From the sequence record OR670491.1: a stretch of DNA of 64,000 nt. One strand, written 5' to 3'. A model generated the notes under the pieces. The model searched no databases and was not told the origin of the DNA. It saw nothing but the letters and a program-made list of their open reading frames with translations. A program made the translations under genes and the position numbers. Positions 45,697 through 57,066 of this stretch are shown here, one piece after another; the first letter of the stretch is position 1; every line of letters starts with the position of its first letter.

Positions 45697-46902
45697 TTAT
45701 ATACCACGACTGGGTATTTGATATAATTGGAATTTAGTGTAGTAATCAGAAACTGTTGTCCCGGCTGCTTGTGGGATATAGCCACTCAAATACACATCCC
45801 CTTGATTATCCATATACACTGTTGTACATTCACTTGAACAGAATAACTCGGTGTTAGATACTTTAGGAGCATCAACTGGTGTTACAAATGTAGTACTTGA
45901 TGTTGTATTACCGCGACCGAGCTTACCATACGTGTTTATACCACACATATAAAGTGAATCGGCAGTTTTAACCGTAAGCCCACCATATGTTAATGAATTT
46001 GATTTCATTTCCATATCATCTGATATTGGTAGAGTGGAGATAGTGGATAATACTGTCCAAGAATTAGCGGATGAACCATTACCCAAGTTACCATCGGACT
46101 GAATCCCACTTGCACGAACTGTATATGTATTATTCGTGTTGTGTTTATATACAACCCATGATGCACTCCCACCGAGTTCATAATGTATAACAGTATTGTT
46201 GGCGAATGCACCCATTTGTGTCCATACTCTAATGTTAGTTGCATTATTACTTATACCAAGCGAACCCCATGTGTTTTGACCAGTGACCCAAAGTGTTTTA
46301 TCAATTTTCTGCACAATCACTGCACTTGAACCTGTTTTAACACTATCAACATTCGTATTAATTGACGTAAAAGTTGATAATCTAGTGGTTGTGTTATTAC
46401 CAAAATATCCCTGTGTATTCGTCCCCATTCCATATAGCGTACCATTTTCAAGTAAAACAAAAATACCCTCACCTACAAGTTGAATGTCCTTAATTTGGGA
46501 CAATTGTGTAGCATTGAATACTGATGTAAAATATGAAGTACAATCAGTATAAGTACTGGCAGTACTTAAACCTGCACCAATAGCTTTACCAACCCCACTG
46601 TAATAAAATTTATTATCTTCAGTTTGGATTAAATTAAAAGTACCTTGGGCTGTTCTGAAACGTTTTACATTTTGGTATATTAAAGTCCATTCTTTTACTT
46701 TCGCATTATGTACACCATTCCCGAATCCATAGTTTTGTGAAGTAGTTCCACCTATACCCATTAAGTCTCCATTTTTATATAATAGTAAGAGTGCTGTTGC
46801 TGGAATTACTGACGCACTATAACCATTGTACATAAAGATTTCTTTCACTTCAGGAACTTTCATTTTATTAGCGTATTTAACCATTCTTGCAAAAGGTAAC
46901 AT
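45697..46902 (-). CDS. RCC1/BLIP-II-like beta-propeller protein (MLPF family)
   Basis: MLPFARMVKYAN leader; repeats such as LYGMGTNTQGYFG and LWVTGQNTWGSLG. Confidence 0.8.
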   Translation of the reverse strand: MLPFARMVKYANKMKVPEVKEIFMYNGYSASVIPATALLLLYKNGDLMGIGGTTSQNYGFGNGVHNAKVKEWTLIYQNVKRFRTAQGTFNLIQTEDNKFYYSGVGKAIGAGLSTASTYTDCTSYFTSVFNATQLSQIKDIQLVGEGIFVLLENGTLYGMGTNTQGYFGNNTTTRLSTFTSINTNVDSVKTGSSAVIVQKIDKTLWVTGQNTWGSLGISNNATNIRVWTQMGAFANNTVIHYELGGSASWVVYKHNTNNTYTVRASGIQSDGNLGNGSSANSWTVLSTISTLPISDDMEMKSNSLTYGGLTVKTADSLYMCGINTYGKLGRGNTTSSTTFVTPVDAPKVSNTELFCSSECTTVYMDNQGDVYLSGYIPQAAGTTVSDYYTKFQLYQIPSRGI

Positions 46903-46979
46903 AAAATCCTCCTTTATTCATTATACTATATTTAGCCAAAAAGGAAAAGCCAGTACTTGAGTACTGGCATTATAAAGAA

Positions 46980-48155
46980 TCAAATTGTAGGAAGTAGGAA
47001 TTCTTTCATAACAGATGAACTACTCGCACTGACATTATCTGGTGATTTCCCTGCGTAGTATAATTTATTATTAATGAACATATATAATGTTGCATCATTC
47101 CCTGCAACAAGAGAAACCTCTTTATTAAAAACAACACCACTAGGTAAAATTGCTTCAACGAATGAACCTGATTCGCGTGTGGTATTATTTGCTAATTGAC
47201 CATTGTTATTATAACCAGTACTATAAATTTTACCTGAACTATAATACACAAGCCCACGTGTACTAGTGTTTTCTATACGAAGGAATTCACTATCATCTGG
47301 AACTGAAGTTGATAAAGTTGCATTTAACTTATAAGCGGATGTTGTATTATTATTACCCAACTGACCATAACCTTGATATCCTAGTGTATACATAGGACAT
47401 GATTCTGGTGTACCTTTAGTTATAACACCAAAATAATTCGAACTACAAAAAGCGTCTATAACTTCTGTAACAGGTGTACCCTTATATTGAACCCAAGGGA
47501 ATACATATGATTGTTGTTTGCCATTCCCTAAAGTACCAGAGCTTGTTGTTCCGGTACGCCATATTGTATCATCAAGTTTAATAATCCAGTTAGCAGATGT
47601 TATAGATGAACAGAATTTTTTAACATTATCAATTAAGTATGTAAATTTATTATAATATGATGCAGTGTTTAGCCCAAACTTAGCACCAGTATTATCACCT
47701 AACAAATATAAACTATTATCAGTACCTAAAATGACAGCATAATCATAACCTACATATATCTCTTTTATTTTTGAAATACCAAATTGTGTAAAATAGCTTG
47801 TACATTCAGTGAATGTTGTTACTGTATTTGTTGTATTATTACCTAACCATTTATCAAAACCACTAAAAAAGAATCTATCATCATTTGTGCGTATTAGACA
47901 AAAAGCGTTCCCTGTACTACACCAGAAATCTTTAACATTGCTATATATTTTTGTCCATTCCTGTACCTGTGTCGTATTACCTAGACCAAAAATACCACCA
48001 TTTTGAAGACCGATGGCCCATACTGAACCATTTTTATCAAGTAGCATTGTAGTTGTAAATGAGTATCCAGATGATGGTGTAACCAATTTAACAAAATTTG
48101 GGATATATGGCACGACCTTATTTCCGTACTTAGCCATCCTTGCAAAAGGTAACAT
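46980..48155 (-). CDS. RCC1/BLIP-II-like protein (MLPF family)
   Basis: MLPFARMAKYGN; YSTGYNNNGQLA repeats. Confidence 0.8.
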   Translation of the reverse strand: MLPFARMAKYGNKVVPYIPNFVKLVTPSSGYSFTTTMLLDKNGSVWAIGLQNGGIFGLGNTTQVQEWTKIYSNVKDFWCSTGNAFCLIRTNDDRFFFSGFDKWLGNNTTNTVTTFTECTSYFTQFGISKIKEIYVGYDYAVILGTDNSLYLLGDNTGAKFGLNTASYYNKFTYLIDNVKKFCSSITSANWIIKLDDTIWRTGTTSSGTLGNGKQQSYVFPWVQYKGTPVTEVIDAFCSSNYFGVITKGTPESCPMYTLGYQGYGQLGNNNTTSAYKLNATLSTSVPDDSEFLRIENTSTRGLVYYSSGKIYSTGYNNNGQLANNTTRESGSFVEAILPSGVVFNKEVSLVAGNDATLYMFINNKLYYAGKSPDNVSASSSSVMKEFLLPTI

Positions 48156-48229
48156 AATTTCTCTCCTTTATTCATTATAATGTATTTACCCAAAAAAAGA
48201 AATGCCAGTACTGGAGTACTGGCATTATA

Positions 48230-49573
48230 TTATTGTAAAGGTATTTCAGTTAAGGTGCTATATTGTGTTCCGTTATATATACCCCTCCAGTATAATTTAC
48301 CTTCAGTACTAATAACTAATAAACCATATGTTGTAAACCCTAGAGTTCCTCCGACATACATAGCATCTTTTATTCTAATACCAATGTCTTCATATGTAAA
48401 CTCTGATACTTCACCAGCATTCCACGCTGGACTGTAATAATAATCAGTATAAACACCATGTGCTTTATATAGGGACGTCAATCCAGGTTCAAAAATTACA
48501 GTTCCGCAGTAGTTCATTCTTATTTTAGTACTGGATGAAGTTGGTATATTACCAAAAATATTATCTTTTAACCCAGTAGTTAGAACGTTGAAACCACCAC
48601 CAATGGAGTTAACGTTATTCACGCCACTTAGACTCATACCAACGTTGTATCCCATGCAATACACACTACTGCTACCATTCCAGTAAGAAAAACCGCCGCC
48701 ACGACCACAACGATATAATTGTGAATTTGAACAGTACATCATACCTTCGTTTGATGCGTCATAGTCGTCTGCTGTTCCAATTGTAGCTACAGTAGTCCAA
48801 GTTTTAATTACTTGGTTTGCACTAGCTGGTGTTTGTATGCCATATCTGATATTATATCCCTTACCGACTATGGTCCCATCTAATAATTTGGCATACAGTA
48901 CTGGTCTAGCCCCATTATAATAAACGTTATTATGTGACATATCAATTGTACTTCGTAATGAAACTGCTTTTTGTGTCAATTGGTTATCTTTAGTAAAAGA
49001 TGAAAAGTAGTAATCTGCTGTGGAGTTGTTTATTAAACCCTGAAAGGACTGACCCATATACCAGACTTCTCCGTTTGAGTTCAATGCTGCCAAAATACAA
49101 CTATATTTGGATGTGTACCCAGTATTAGTGCCTGGACCTTTATCATACCCACCACTGAATACCATATCAACGACATCACCAACGCTAGTGAAATATGACG
49201 AAACATCGATGAATCCAGATGTTAAAAATGGTGCAGTCGTCATCCCTGTATTTGTGAATATTCCATTTGCATATACACCACAAAAATTATACGAACCATC
49301 AATATCCTGTACTATGATACCATTAGAAAGTAACCAAAAGTTTTTTACATTTTTACGAACCAATTCAACACCTGCACCATTATTAGGAGTTATTCCAAAT
49401 GTAATTGCTTTAGTTGTGCCCATGCCATATAAATTCCCATTGGTTGCTAATATTGCACCAAGCCAGTTTCCACCTCCATTACTATTACGACCCATACCAA
49501 TGGAATCGAATTTCTTTACAGTTGGAGCTTCTACTGTATTCCCATAATCAAATAATCTAACAAAAGGTAACAT
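48230..49573 (-). CDS. RCC1/BLIP-II-like protein (MLPF family), divergent
   Basis: MLPFVRLFDYGN; 447 aa with insertions. Confidence 0.75.
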   Translation of the reverse strand: MLPFVRLFDYGNTVEAPTVKKFDSIGMGRNSNGGGNWLGAILATNGNLYGMGTTKAITFGITPNNGAGVELVRKNVKNFWLLSNGIIVQDIDGSYNFCGVYANGIFTNTGMTTAPFLTSGFIDVSSYFTSVGDVVDMVFSGGYDKGPGTNTGYTSKYSCILAALNSNGEVWYMGQSFQGLINNSTADYYFSSFTKDNQLTQKAVSLRSTIDMSHNNVYYNGARPVLYAKLLDGTIVGKGYNIRYGIQTPASANQVIKTWTTVATIGTADDYDASNEGMMYCSNSQLYRCGRGGGFSYWNGSSSVYCMGYNVGMSLSGVNNVNSIGGGFNVLTTGLKDNIFGNIPTSSSTKIRMNYCGTVIFEPGLTSLYKAHGVYTDYYYSPAWNAGEVSEFTYEDIGIRIKDAMYVGGTLGFTTYGLLVISTEGKLYWRGIYNGTQYSTLTEIPLQ

Positions 49574-49645
49574 ATATTCCTCCTTTATTCATTATACTAT
49601 ATTTAGCCAAAAAGGAAAAGCCAGTACTTGAGTACTGGCTTTATG

Positions 49646-50797
49646 TCAATAAACATCCCAAGGTAATGGTGTCTTTCTAAACCCATACCTAGTTGCGTTC
49701 TGCCCATCTCCGGCTATGTATCTACCAGTACCACACTGATATAATTCAGTACTGCTACATATCGCACCACCAATAGTACCACTACCCCACTGAGTTATAT
49801 TGGAATATAATATTGGCAAATCACTACATTTAGTATATAATGCAACAGTAGCAGCACCACTCGCACCACCAAAAACACTTCGGTTCGAACCCGTGTAATA
49901 TATACCATCTGGACTCATAAATGCGGAAGTATAAGTTGTACTACAATCCACTGGACTTCTTATATTATTAAGATCACTTGGGTATACCCTAGCACCATAT
50001 GTGTATACATTACCTGTAGTAGTAATACCATTACCTAACTGACCATTATTTTGTCCACCACATGTAACTAACGATCCACTACCAGAAACAATGGCAGTAG
50101 CATTATAAGAAGTACCTATAACAATAGAAGCTCCCGCCAATAGGTATGGGGCAGGAACTCCGGCTGCATTCCCCTGACCTAATTCACCATTGACATTTCT
50201 TCCCCATCCGTATACAGAAGTGGTATCCAATTGGCATAGTACTGAACCATAACTAAACGTATATCGTATATCCTTCACTGCCGATGGTAAACCACTAACT
50301 TTAGTTGCAACACTAATAACGCCAGAAACGCCTGTTACTCCAGCGTTCGCGTTCAGATTACGTCCATATGCATATAAAGAGCCATCAGCAGTTTTAATAT
50401 GCATCATGCCATCTGTGCAATATAATGTATCTATACTACCCACTGCAACCTCTCCCATACTGGACGTTATATCGTTCCACCCAAGCGTTGTAGTACTAGA
50501 AATTAAGTTATTTCCGGCGTAAAGTATTCTATTATCATTAGTAACTACTACTGTATAATTGGCAGTAACGCCAATTAATCTAACTTTCTCGTATATCTTA
50601 GACCACATTCCTATTGAATTTGTGTTAGTATCCAGAAACCCCAACTGACCAGCGGTATTATATCCAATACCCCACACATCACCTTCACTATCCAATAACA
50701 CTTCATGGGAAAAACCAATCTTAAAATCTTTTATCGTTGGTGTTTCTGGAACAGGTTTAATATTTCCGTACTTAACCATTCTAGCAAAAGGTAACAT
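49646..50797 (-). CDS. RCC1/BLIP-II-like protein (MLPF family)
   Basis: MLPFARMVKYGN; VWGIGYNTAGQLG and VYGWGRNVNGELGQG. Confidence 0.85.
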   Translation of the reverse strand: MLPFARMVKYGNIKPVPETPTIKDFKIGFSHEVLLDSEGDVWGIGYNTAGQLGFLDTNTNSIGMWSKIYEKVRLIGVTANYTVVVTNDNRILYAGNNLISSTTTLGWNDITSSMGEVAVGSIDTLYCTDGMMHIKTADGSLYAYGRNLNANAGVTGVSGVISVATKVSGLPSAVKDIRYTFSYGSVLCQLDTTSVYGWGRNVNGELGQGNAAGVPAPYLLAGASIVIGTSYNATAIVSGSGSLVTCGGQNNGQLGNGITTTGNVYTYGARVYPSDLNNIRSPVDCSTTYTSAFMSPDGIYYTGSNRSVFGGASGAATVALYTKCSDLPILYSNITQWGSGTIGGAICSSTELYQCGTGRYIAGDGQNATRYGFRKTPLPWDVY

Positions 50798-50868
50798 AAT
50801 TCCTCCTTTTATTTGTTATACTATATTTAATAAAAAAGAAAAGCCAGTATCAAGTACTGGCATTATTA

Positions 50869-52059
50869 TTACAATTGTCTAGGTGTATCCAGAACATATC
50901 TATTTGTACTAGGACCACCATCATCATCAGTTCCGGTTGAATATATATTTTTCATATCAGCAGTTAGAAAAGTACGATACGAACCGCGATATATTTTTAT
51001 TTTATCATACATAGAATATGTTATTTCTGACGGCAATGGACATGCAGTAAATTTACCAATGGTAACATCAGAACCAACACCCAATGTGCCAGCATAACTA
51101 CTCGCATTTAAACCAGTTGCATATACACCTGCACTCGTAACTAGTATACTAGATTGTGTTGGGTATCCAGTATGAATTGAATACAAAGTACCGGGTGGTA
51201 AGGTTGTACTATTGTTTCCTAAAACTCCATTAACAGTGCTAGATGTAGTTTTATTTCCCCATGCTCCATTATTAGCTAATCCACCAACTAGAAACTGACG
51301 TGCTCCTGTATTTGGATTCTCCACTAAAGCACTGACTGAACCCATTGAGCATACAGTGTATTGTAACGTTTTTGTGTATGTTGTACTTGGCTGATATAAA
51401 GTATATTCATTATATAAAGTCCATGTAGTGCTGGAACTTATACCGGATGTACCACCACCAATATATAAATTATTTTGTGTATCAAAAAACATTGCACAGC
51501 TATTTGTTGACATTATTTGTGCAATATCAACATCTGGTGTTACAGCTTTAACAAATGAACCATCGGTTATTTGTTGAGTTTTTCCAGTACCATCAGCGAA
51601 TTGTTTAGCCCCACTCCAACCAGTACTCCATATTGTATTATTATCCATTAAGAAAGTAAACCACGTAGTACCTGCATACATCTGTTTAATTGAAGTACTT
51701 GAACTTTGTGTGAACAAATTTTCAATATATTGGTTATAACTTAAAAATGATGTAGTACTAGTTTCTAAACCAATATAACCACCATAGCCACAATAAAAAT
51801 AATTTAAGTCATTATCTTGTACTAACAAAGTTCCTTCTGACATCCAACAATCGTTAACGTTTTCTCTAATTAATGTCCATGTTCTTAATGCAGTGTTGTT
51901 TCCTCTCCCAAACTTCCCAAAACTATTATTGCCTCGTGCGTATAGTTGACCATCAGTATAAAGTACAACAACATCACTATTGATTGGTATTATTTTCTTA
52001 ATTTGAAGAGGCTCAGGTGTAATATTTCCATAATCAAACATTCTAACAAAAGGTAACAT
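50869..52059 (-). CDS. RCC1/BLIP-II-like protein (MLPF family)
   Basis: MLPFVRMFDYGN; LYARGNNSFGKFGRG. Confidence 0.8.
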   Translation of the reverse strand: MLPFVRMFDYGNITPEPLQIKKIIPINSDVVVLYTDGQLYARGNNSFGKFGRGNNTALRTWTLIRENVNDCWMSEGTLLVQDNDLNYFYCGYGGYIGLETSTTSFLSYNQYIENLFTQSSSTSIKQMYAGTTWFTFLMDNNTIWSTGWSGAKQFADGTGKTQQITDGSFVKAVTPDVDIAQIMSTNSCAMFFDTQNNLYIGGGTSGISSSTTWTLYNEYTLYQPSTTYTKTLQYTVCSMGSVSALVENPNTGARQFLVGGLANNGAWGNKTTSSTVNGVLGNNSTTLPPGTLYSIHTGYPTQSSILVTSAGVYATGLNASSYAGTLGVGSDVTIGKFTACPLPSEITYSMYDKIKIYRGSYRTFLTADMKNIYSTGTDDDGGPSTNRYVLDTPRQL

Positions 52060-52136
52060 AACTAATTCTCCAAATTCAAATAATTATAATGTATTTACAA
52101 AAAAAATACCAGCACATATTTCAGTACTGGTATCAT

Positions 52137-53318
52137 TTATGGTAAAATGATAGATTGTAACGAACTCATACCCAATGCTGGAACACTAGCCTGTGGTGCT
52201 GGAGAATTCAATTTTGGTGATGAAACCGCATATGACATTCCTGAACCCAAATCTGGATCAAAAACTACAGCACAATAATTCCCACTATATATAAGTCCAT
52301 TCTTGTATCCTTGTGCACTTTGAATGCATTTCGTGAACGTACCAATATCTGTAGTGGCATTTATTAAGTTCCTCCCACGATAACCGCAGGTGTATATGAA
52401 ATTATCATCGCCTATGTACATACTAGAATCCCCAGAAGAACTACATAGATAAGACATATAAGCACGCATGTTTTTAGGAGCAACTGACAATGTACCTGCA
52501 TAGAATTTATTATTCGAACCCGTAATATCACCATCACCCAATGCACCAAAACTTCCCCAGCCAGTACCATAATATCTCTTATCACTCAAGAATATAATAC
52601 AGTTGTTATTACACATCTTGACTTGATATATCAATGAAGGATCAACCCCAGGGAATGATTCAGTGTATGTTAGAACAGCCAGATCAGTACTAGCATTACA
52701 TTGATGATATGTATTAGTACCAGCGGACAAGATTGTTCCATTAGCTAACAGAATTCTCGCAGTACCAGTACCAGCAGTACAAGCAACTGCACTTCCTGCA
52801 CTTCCGGTGTATATTTGTCTGAAAGTAAAGAAACCAACAGTTTTACTTCCCTGCCCACTCCAACCAGTATTATCAACTCCACACGCCCATACTGAACCAT
52901 CTTCCATGATCATCATTACACCAAAGCGTTCTATTGAAATATAAACAATCTTTTTAGTATCAACTGCACGAAATCTAGAAGTTATATCAGTCCATACCTT
53001 AACACTTACCGCCGTCGCACTGGAAGTAGGATCTTCACCAGCTATCATTATCCTCCCATTGTTAGTAAGATACATTGTCTGACTATAACCAGTACTACAA
53101 AACTTAACACTATCAGTCTCTGGAACTTTTAACCACTCGTTGTAACGTGTTACGTTAGTGTTATTACCTAACTGATAATAGTTATTCATCCCAGATACAT
53201 ATAACACACCATCCTTTATTAAACTATAAGTCGCACTATAGTCACTACAGGTATAACGTGTACCCACAGGTGGCTCAACGACGTTCCCATAATCAAACAT
53301 TCTAACAAAAGGTAACAT
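52137..53318 (-). CDS. RCC1/BLIP-II-like protein (MLPF family)
   Basis: MLPFVRMFDYGN; LYVSGMNNYYQLG. Confidence 0.8.
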   Translation of the reverse strand: MLPFVRMFDYGNVVEPPVGTRYTCSDYSATYSLIKDGVLYVSGMNNYYQLGNNTNVTRYNEWLKVPETDSVKFCSTGYSQTMYLTNNGRIMIAGEDPTSSATAVSVKVWTDITSRFRAVDTKKIVYISIERFGVMMIMEDGSVWACGVDNTGWSGQGSKTVGFFTFRQIYTGSAGSAVACTAGTGTARILLANGTILSAGTNTYHQCNASTDLAVLTYTESFPGVDPSLIYQVKMCNNNCIIFLSDKRYYGTGWGSFGALGDGDITGSNNKFYAGTLSVAPKNMRAYMSYLCSSSGDSSMYIGDDNFIYTCGYRGRNLINATTDIGTFTKCIQSAQGYKNGLIYSGNYCAVVFDPDLGSGMSYAVSSPKLNSPAPQASVPALGMSSLQSIILP

Positions 53319-53394
53319 AATTCCCTCCTTTATTCATTATACTATATTTAATCAAAAAAAAAGAAATGTCAGTACTCAAGTACTGGCATTGTGT

Positions 53395-54574
53395 TTATCT
53401 AAAAGGAACGCACTTTTTGAATTTATATATATATCCAGTCTCACCTTGTTCAGTAAAATACCCAGGGTTTCCAGTCCAGTATAAATCCTCACCTATACTA
53501 ACTACCGATACTGAACCATTACCAATCGTACCAAACCACTCAACATGTGATAAGTCAACACTATCATCAAAGAATTCTATTGGTAATATTGAACCATAAT
53601 TCCCAGAGACTGCGTTGCGGCCTAAACCAGCACCATTAGAATTATATCCCTTACCATTCGTATTAATAATGTTAGTACTGGATTTTATTGCATTAACATA
53701 GGATACTGGTGAAAGTTTATCGAATGAATTTGCTGTTATATCGGTATAGGGATTGGTAGTAAATGATGACCTTATTATACCAGTATTTTCAGAACCACCT
53801 ATAGTCAACTGTGTGTTCCAACCAGCCGCCATTAAAGACAAAGCAGATGTACTACTTTGAACAATCAAACGTGTTACCCATCGTGTAGCTTGTACTGCAA
53901 TTACATGAGAACTACCAAGATTCAATGCAGTAAAACTAGTAATAGGCTTATTATCACCGGTTCCTAATTGATAAAAAGTATTCTCACCACAACGATAGTA
54001 TATACCATCTTTTATATAGTGAAAGTTTCTGCTCATTTCACTAGATGCAATTGCAGATACACTAGTGTCAATTAAGAGTGGAGATGTAATTGGTGCAGTT
54101 GCTGTACCCAATTCACTTGCACCATTCATGCCTATACCATATAACTGACTGTCACTTGTGAGTATTAGCATAGAATTGTTAGTACTGGTTGTTGATGTTA
54201 TTTTTATATCTTTTATAGAACTTGCAGAGATAGATCCAAAATATGATTCACAACGAGTCCACGTTGAAACAGAAGATGATATACCAAACACCGAGTTTGT
54301 CCCGCTATAGTACAATTCCCCTTGTTTTGTTCTAATTATAGTACAATATAAAGAACTCCAGAAATCATCAACACTATAAGGACATAAAACCCATCTATCC
54401 AAAAAAGATGAACCAGTAACTCCCATTTTTGCTGATTGGTTTCCGTCCACGCATATATAATGACCCATCACTGTATAATACGCTTATTGAATTTTCATCA
54501 CTATTAATTTTAACAACAGTATCTTTGACAGGGGCAATATTCCCATAATCAAATAATCTAACAAAAGGTAACAT
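53395..54574 (-). pseudogene. frameshifted RCC1/BLIP-II-like gene (MLPF family)
   Basis: MLPFVRLFDYGN starts at 54574 but is out of frame with track ORF 53395-54471; span 1180 nt = 3n+1; break near 54440-54442. Confidence 0.75.
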
Positions 54575-54644
54575 ATATTCCTCCTTTATTCATTATACTA
54601 TATTTAATAAAAAAGAAAAGCCAGTACTGAGTACTGGCATTATG

Positions 54645-55754
54645 TTATTTTGGTAAATCAATTTTAGTAAAGACTGCAACATCTGCACTTGCACCTGGAA
54701 TGGCGTAATACGATCCAGTACTATATACATCCCCGTCTTTGGTTAATAATGATGTTAATCCGTCACTAAAAGCAACATCACTAATCTCACTAACTTCTAC
54801 AGGTAATTGTAAATTAGCAGCACTATAGATAGCACCCGTTTGAGAATTGTTTAATCCCAAACCACGGTTTCCCCCAATACCTTTCTGATATGCACTAGTT
54901 AATATAATTTGCGTAGCCGTGCTTGTTGCCTCTGAATTTGTCATAAACAAAGGTGAATTATTAGGTAAAGTACTTACAGGAACTGCTTTGAATGTAGTTG
55001 AATCTGAACTAAGAAAGTTTGGAGTTGTACCACATGTGAAATATGATGTACCATTATAGTAATTGAGTGTATGACCACCAATAGCTGCATCTATTACACC
55101 AGAACTACGCAGTCCCCAAATGTTAACTTGTGTTCTGTTCCCTGTGCCATGTAATCCACGGTCATTCCACCCTGAACTATATAACTTATTATCTATGCTA
55201 ATATACATACTATCATTAGGAGTAGACATAACTTTACGCACATTAGAAGCACATAGTGTTAATGTATATATTGATGAAGAACCAATCCCCAATACACCAC
55301 GGTATCCATTAGCCCCAGCACCATAGAGTACTGAACTTGAACTGAGTACAAATATTACACCACCATTGCATACAATATTAGCAATTTGATTCACAGGAAT
55401 TGTATTTGTAAACCACTCCGTTCTATCAACTAATGTAGTACTGTAAGAAGTTGTTGATGATGATGTGAACCAATATGTTTCACCGGATGTCCATATCGTA
55501 TTGTCATTTTTAATAATAACAAGTGTTCGTCCTCCAGTGAAAAAATTAGAAACATCTGCACTTACTAATGTCCAAGAAGATACCGTGTTTTTATTACCAT
55601 TTCCAGATTCACCACCTTGATTTCTGCCTATGTAATATAATTCATGTGAATCAGTCAATACGAATTGACCTTGTGTAGAAGCACCAACTTTTATTATATT
55701 TTTAGGACCAGGTGTAATATTCCCATAATCAAACAGTCTTACAAAAGGTAACAT
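54645..55754 (-). CDS. RCC1/BLIP-II-like protein (MLPF family)
   Basis: Likely start MLPFVRLFDYGN at 55754 (GGAGGG RBS); LYYIGRNQGGESGNG. Confidence 0.8.
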   Translation of the reverse strand: MLPFVRLFDYGNITPGPKNIIKVGASTQGQFVLTDSHELYYIGRNQGGESGNGNKNTVSSWTLVSADVSNFFTGGRTLVIIKNDNTIWTSGETYWFTSSSTTSYSTTLVDRTEWFTNTIPVNQIANIVCNGGVIFVLSSSSVLYGAGANGYRGVLGIGSSSIYTLTLCASNVRKVMSTPNDSMYISIDNKLYSSGWNDRGLHGTGNRTQVNIWGLRSSGVIDAAIGGHTLNYYNGTSYFTCGTTPNFLSSDSTTFKAVPVSTLPNNSPLFMTNSEATSTATQIILTSAYQKGIGGNRGLGLNNSQTGAIYSAANLQLPVEVSEISDVAFSDGLTSLLTKDGDVYSTGSYYAIPGASADVAVFTKIDLPK

Positions 55755-55762
55755 ATTCCCTC

Positions 55763-56965
55763 CTATTGTTGCCATAACTGCGTTGGCATTAATGTTAGTG
55801 TAGTAATACTATAAGTGCCATCAGGCAATCTACCACCATTACCATTCCAGCCACCACATGCATATAATTTATAATCTTTAGTAATTATTATGGTTCTGCT
55901 CCAATCTTTAGATGCCATAAGAACATTGTCATAACCACCACTTATTGCATTAAGATTAAAAATATTCCAAGTTCTAACTAATGTATTAGTTCCATTACCT
56001 TCTTGACCATATGAGTTAGCACCACTACTTCTAACATATGGTGCGTATTGTGCCATAGGTGCACCAATTGATGCATTTCCCATATTACTTGGACAAATAA
56101 AAGTACTGTACTTACTTACATCAACCGTGACCGATGTGTTCCTAATTGGTGTTAGCTGATTTACAGATGTAGTCGTACCATTACCAGCTTGTCCAGTACT
56201 GTTAACCCCGCTATAATATACAGACCCACCAGTAATAAACCACCAAGTAACATCGTATGTAGTACTAATATGTTCTACATTACTAATCACGAATTTGTTC
56301 AAATATACAACAGAACTACCACCACATCCACTTTCACCAAAGTTATCCTTACCACAAAACCATGCATCTTTATTTGATTTGATATAGTGCGTTCCTTGTA
56401 ATGAACATGCCATATGTGTAACTTCACCCATATTAGTCATAACTGTTAGTGTAGGTATGGAATTTTTATTACCAGACCCACATTCACCATTGGTATTTCT
56501 TCCACACGCAATTACTCTACCATCGGTTAATAATATTCTAGTACTTTCACCTATATATACACTCTTGATCATATTAGCCATAACACCAATTTTATTAAAT
56601 GAAGCAGTAACATCAGTCCATGTTCTCAAATAACCATTAACAGGTGTTGCATCTCCATAATCAGAAAATGCACCAACCGACCCAGTGTAGTATATTTTAT
56701 TATCCAAATCAATCATCAATGAACCTTGAACACCAAGCCAAAAGGCTGCACATCGCGTTGCAAGTACTGTAAATGACGCAACTGCTGCTGAATTCCCAAG
56801 ACCAAATTGATAAAAGTTATTACTACCATAACCATATAAAGTATTAGTTGGGCTATGTAGATACATACAGTTTGTATAATGTTGTTGTAAAACATTTGAG
56901 AACTCTATTGGTTCTGGCCCTGGTGCAATATTCGCGTACTTAACCATTCTAGCAAAAGGTAACAT
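55763..56965 (-). CDS. RCC1/BLIP-II-like protein (MLPF family)
   Basis: MLPFARMVKYAN; IACGRNTNGECGSG. Confidence 0.8.
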   Translation of the reverse strand: MLPFARMVKYANIAPGPEPIEFSNVLQQHYTNCMYLHSPTNTLYGYGSNNFYQFGLGNSAAVASFTVLATRCAAFWLGVQGSLMIDLDNKIYYTGSVGAFSDYGDATPVNGYLRTWTDVTASFNKIGVMANMIKSVYIGESTRILLTDGRVIACGRNTNGECGSGNKNSIPTLTVMTNMGEVTHMACSLQGTHYIKSNKDAWFCGKDNFGESGCGGSSVVYLNKFVISNVEHISTTYDVTWWFITGGSVYYSGVNSTGQAGNGTTTSVNQLTPIRNTSVTVDVSKYSTFICPSNMGNASIGAPMAQYAPYVRSSGANSYGQEGNGTNTLVRTWNIFNLNAISGGYDNVLMASKDWSRTIIITKDYKLYACGGWNGNGGRLPDGTYSITTLTLMPTQLWQQ

Positions 56966-57066
56966 ATTTTCCTCCTTTATTTGTTATATCATATTTACCC
57001 CAAAACAAAAACCCTTGACAACCTTTCTGGACTGATGTACAATAGAAAGAAATTAAGGAGAAATGT

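Noticed and set aside
46005-56377. + strand ORFs inside the MLPF array (e.g. 49107-49547) and the many - strand ORFs within 4-45 kb
   Set aside because: Shadows of real genes on the opposite strand; no RBS or family resemblance.
45697-56965. Diversity-generating retroelement acting on the arrays
   Set aside because: No reverse transcriptase and no template/variable repeat pair with adenine-specific differences seen in the window.
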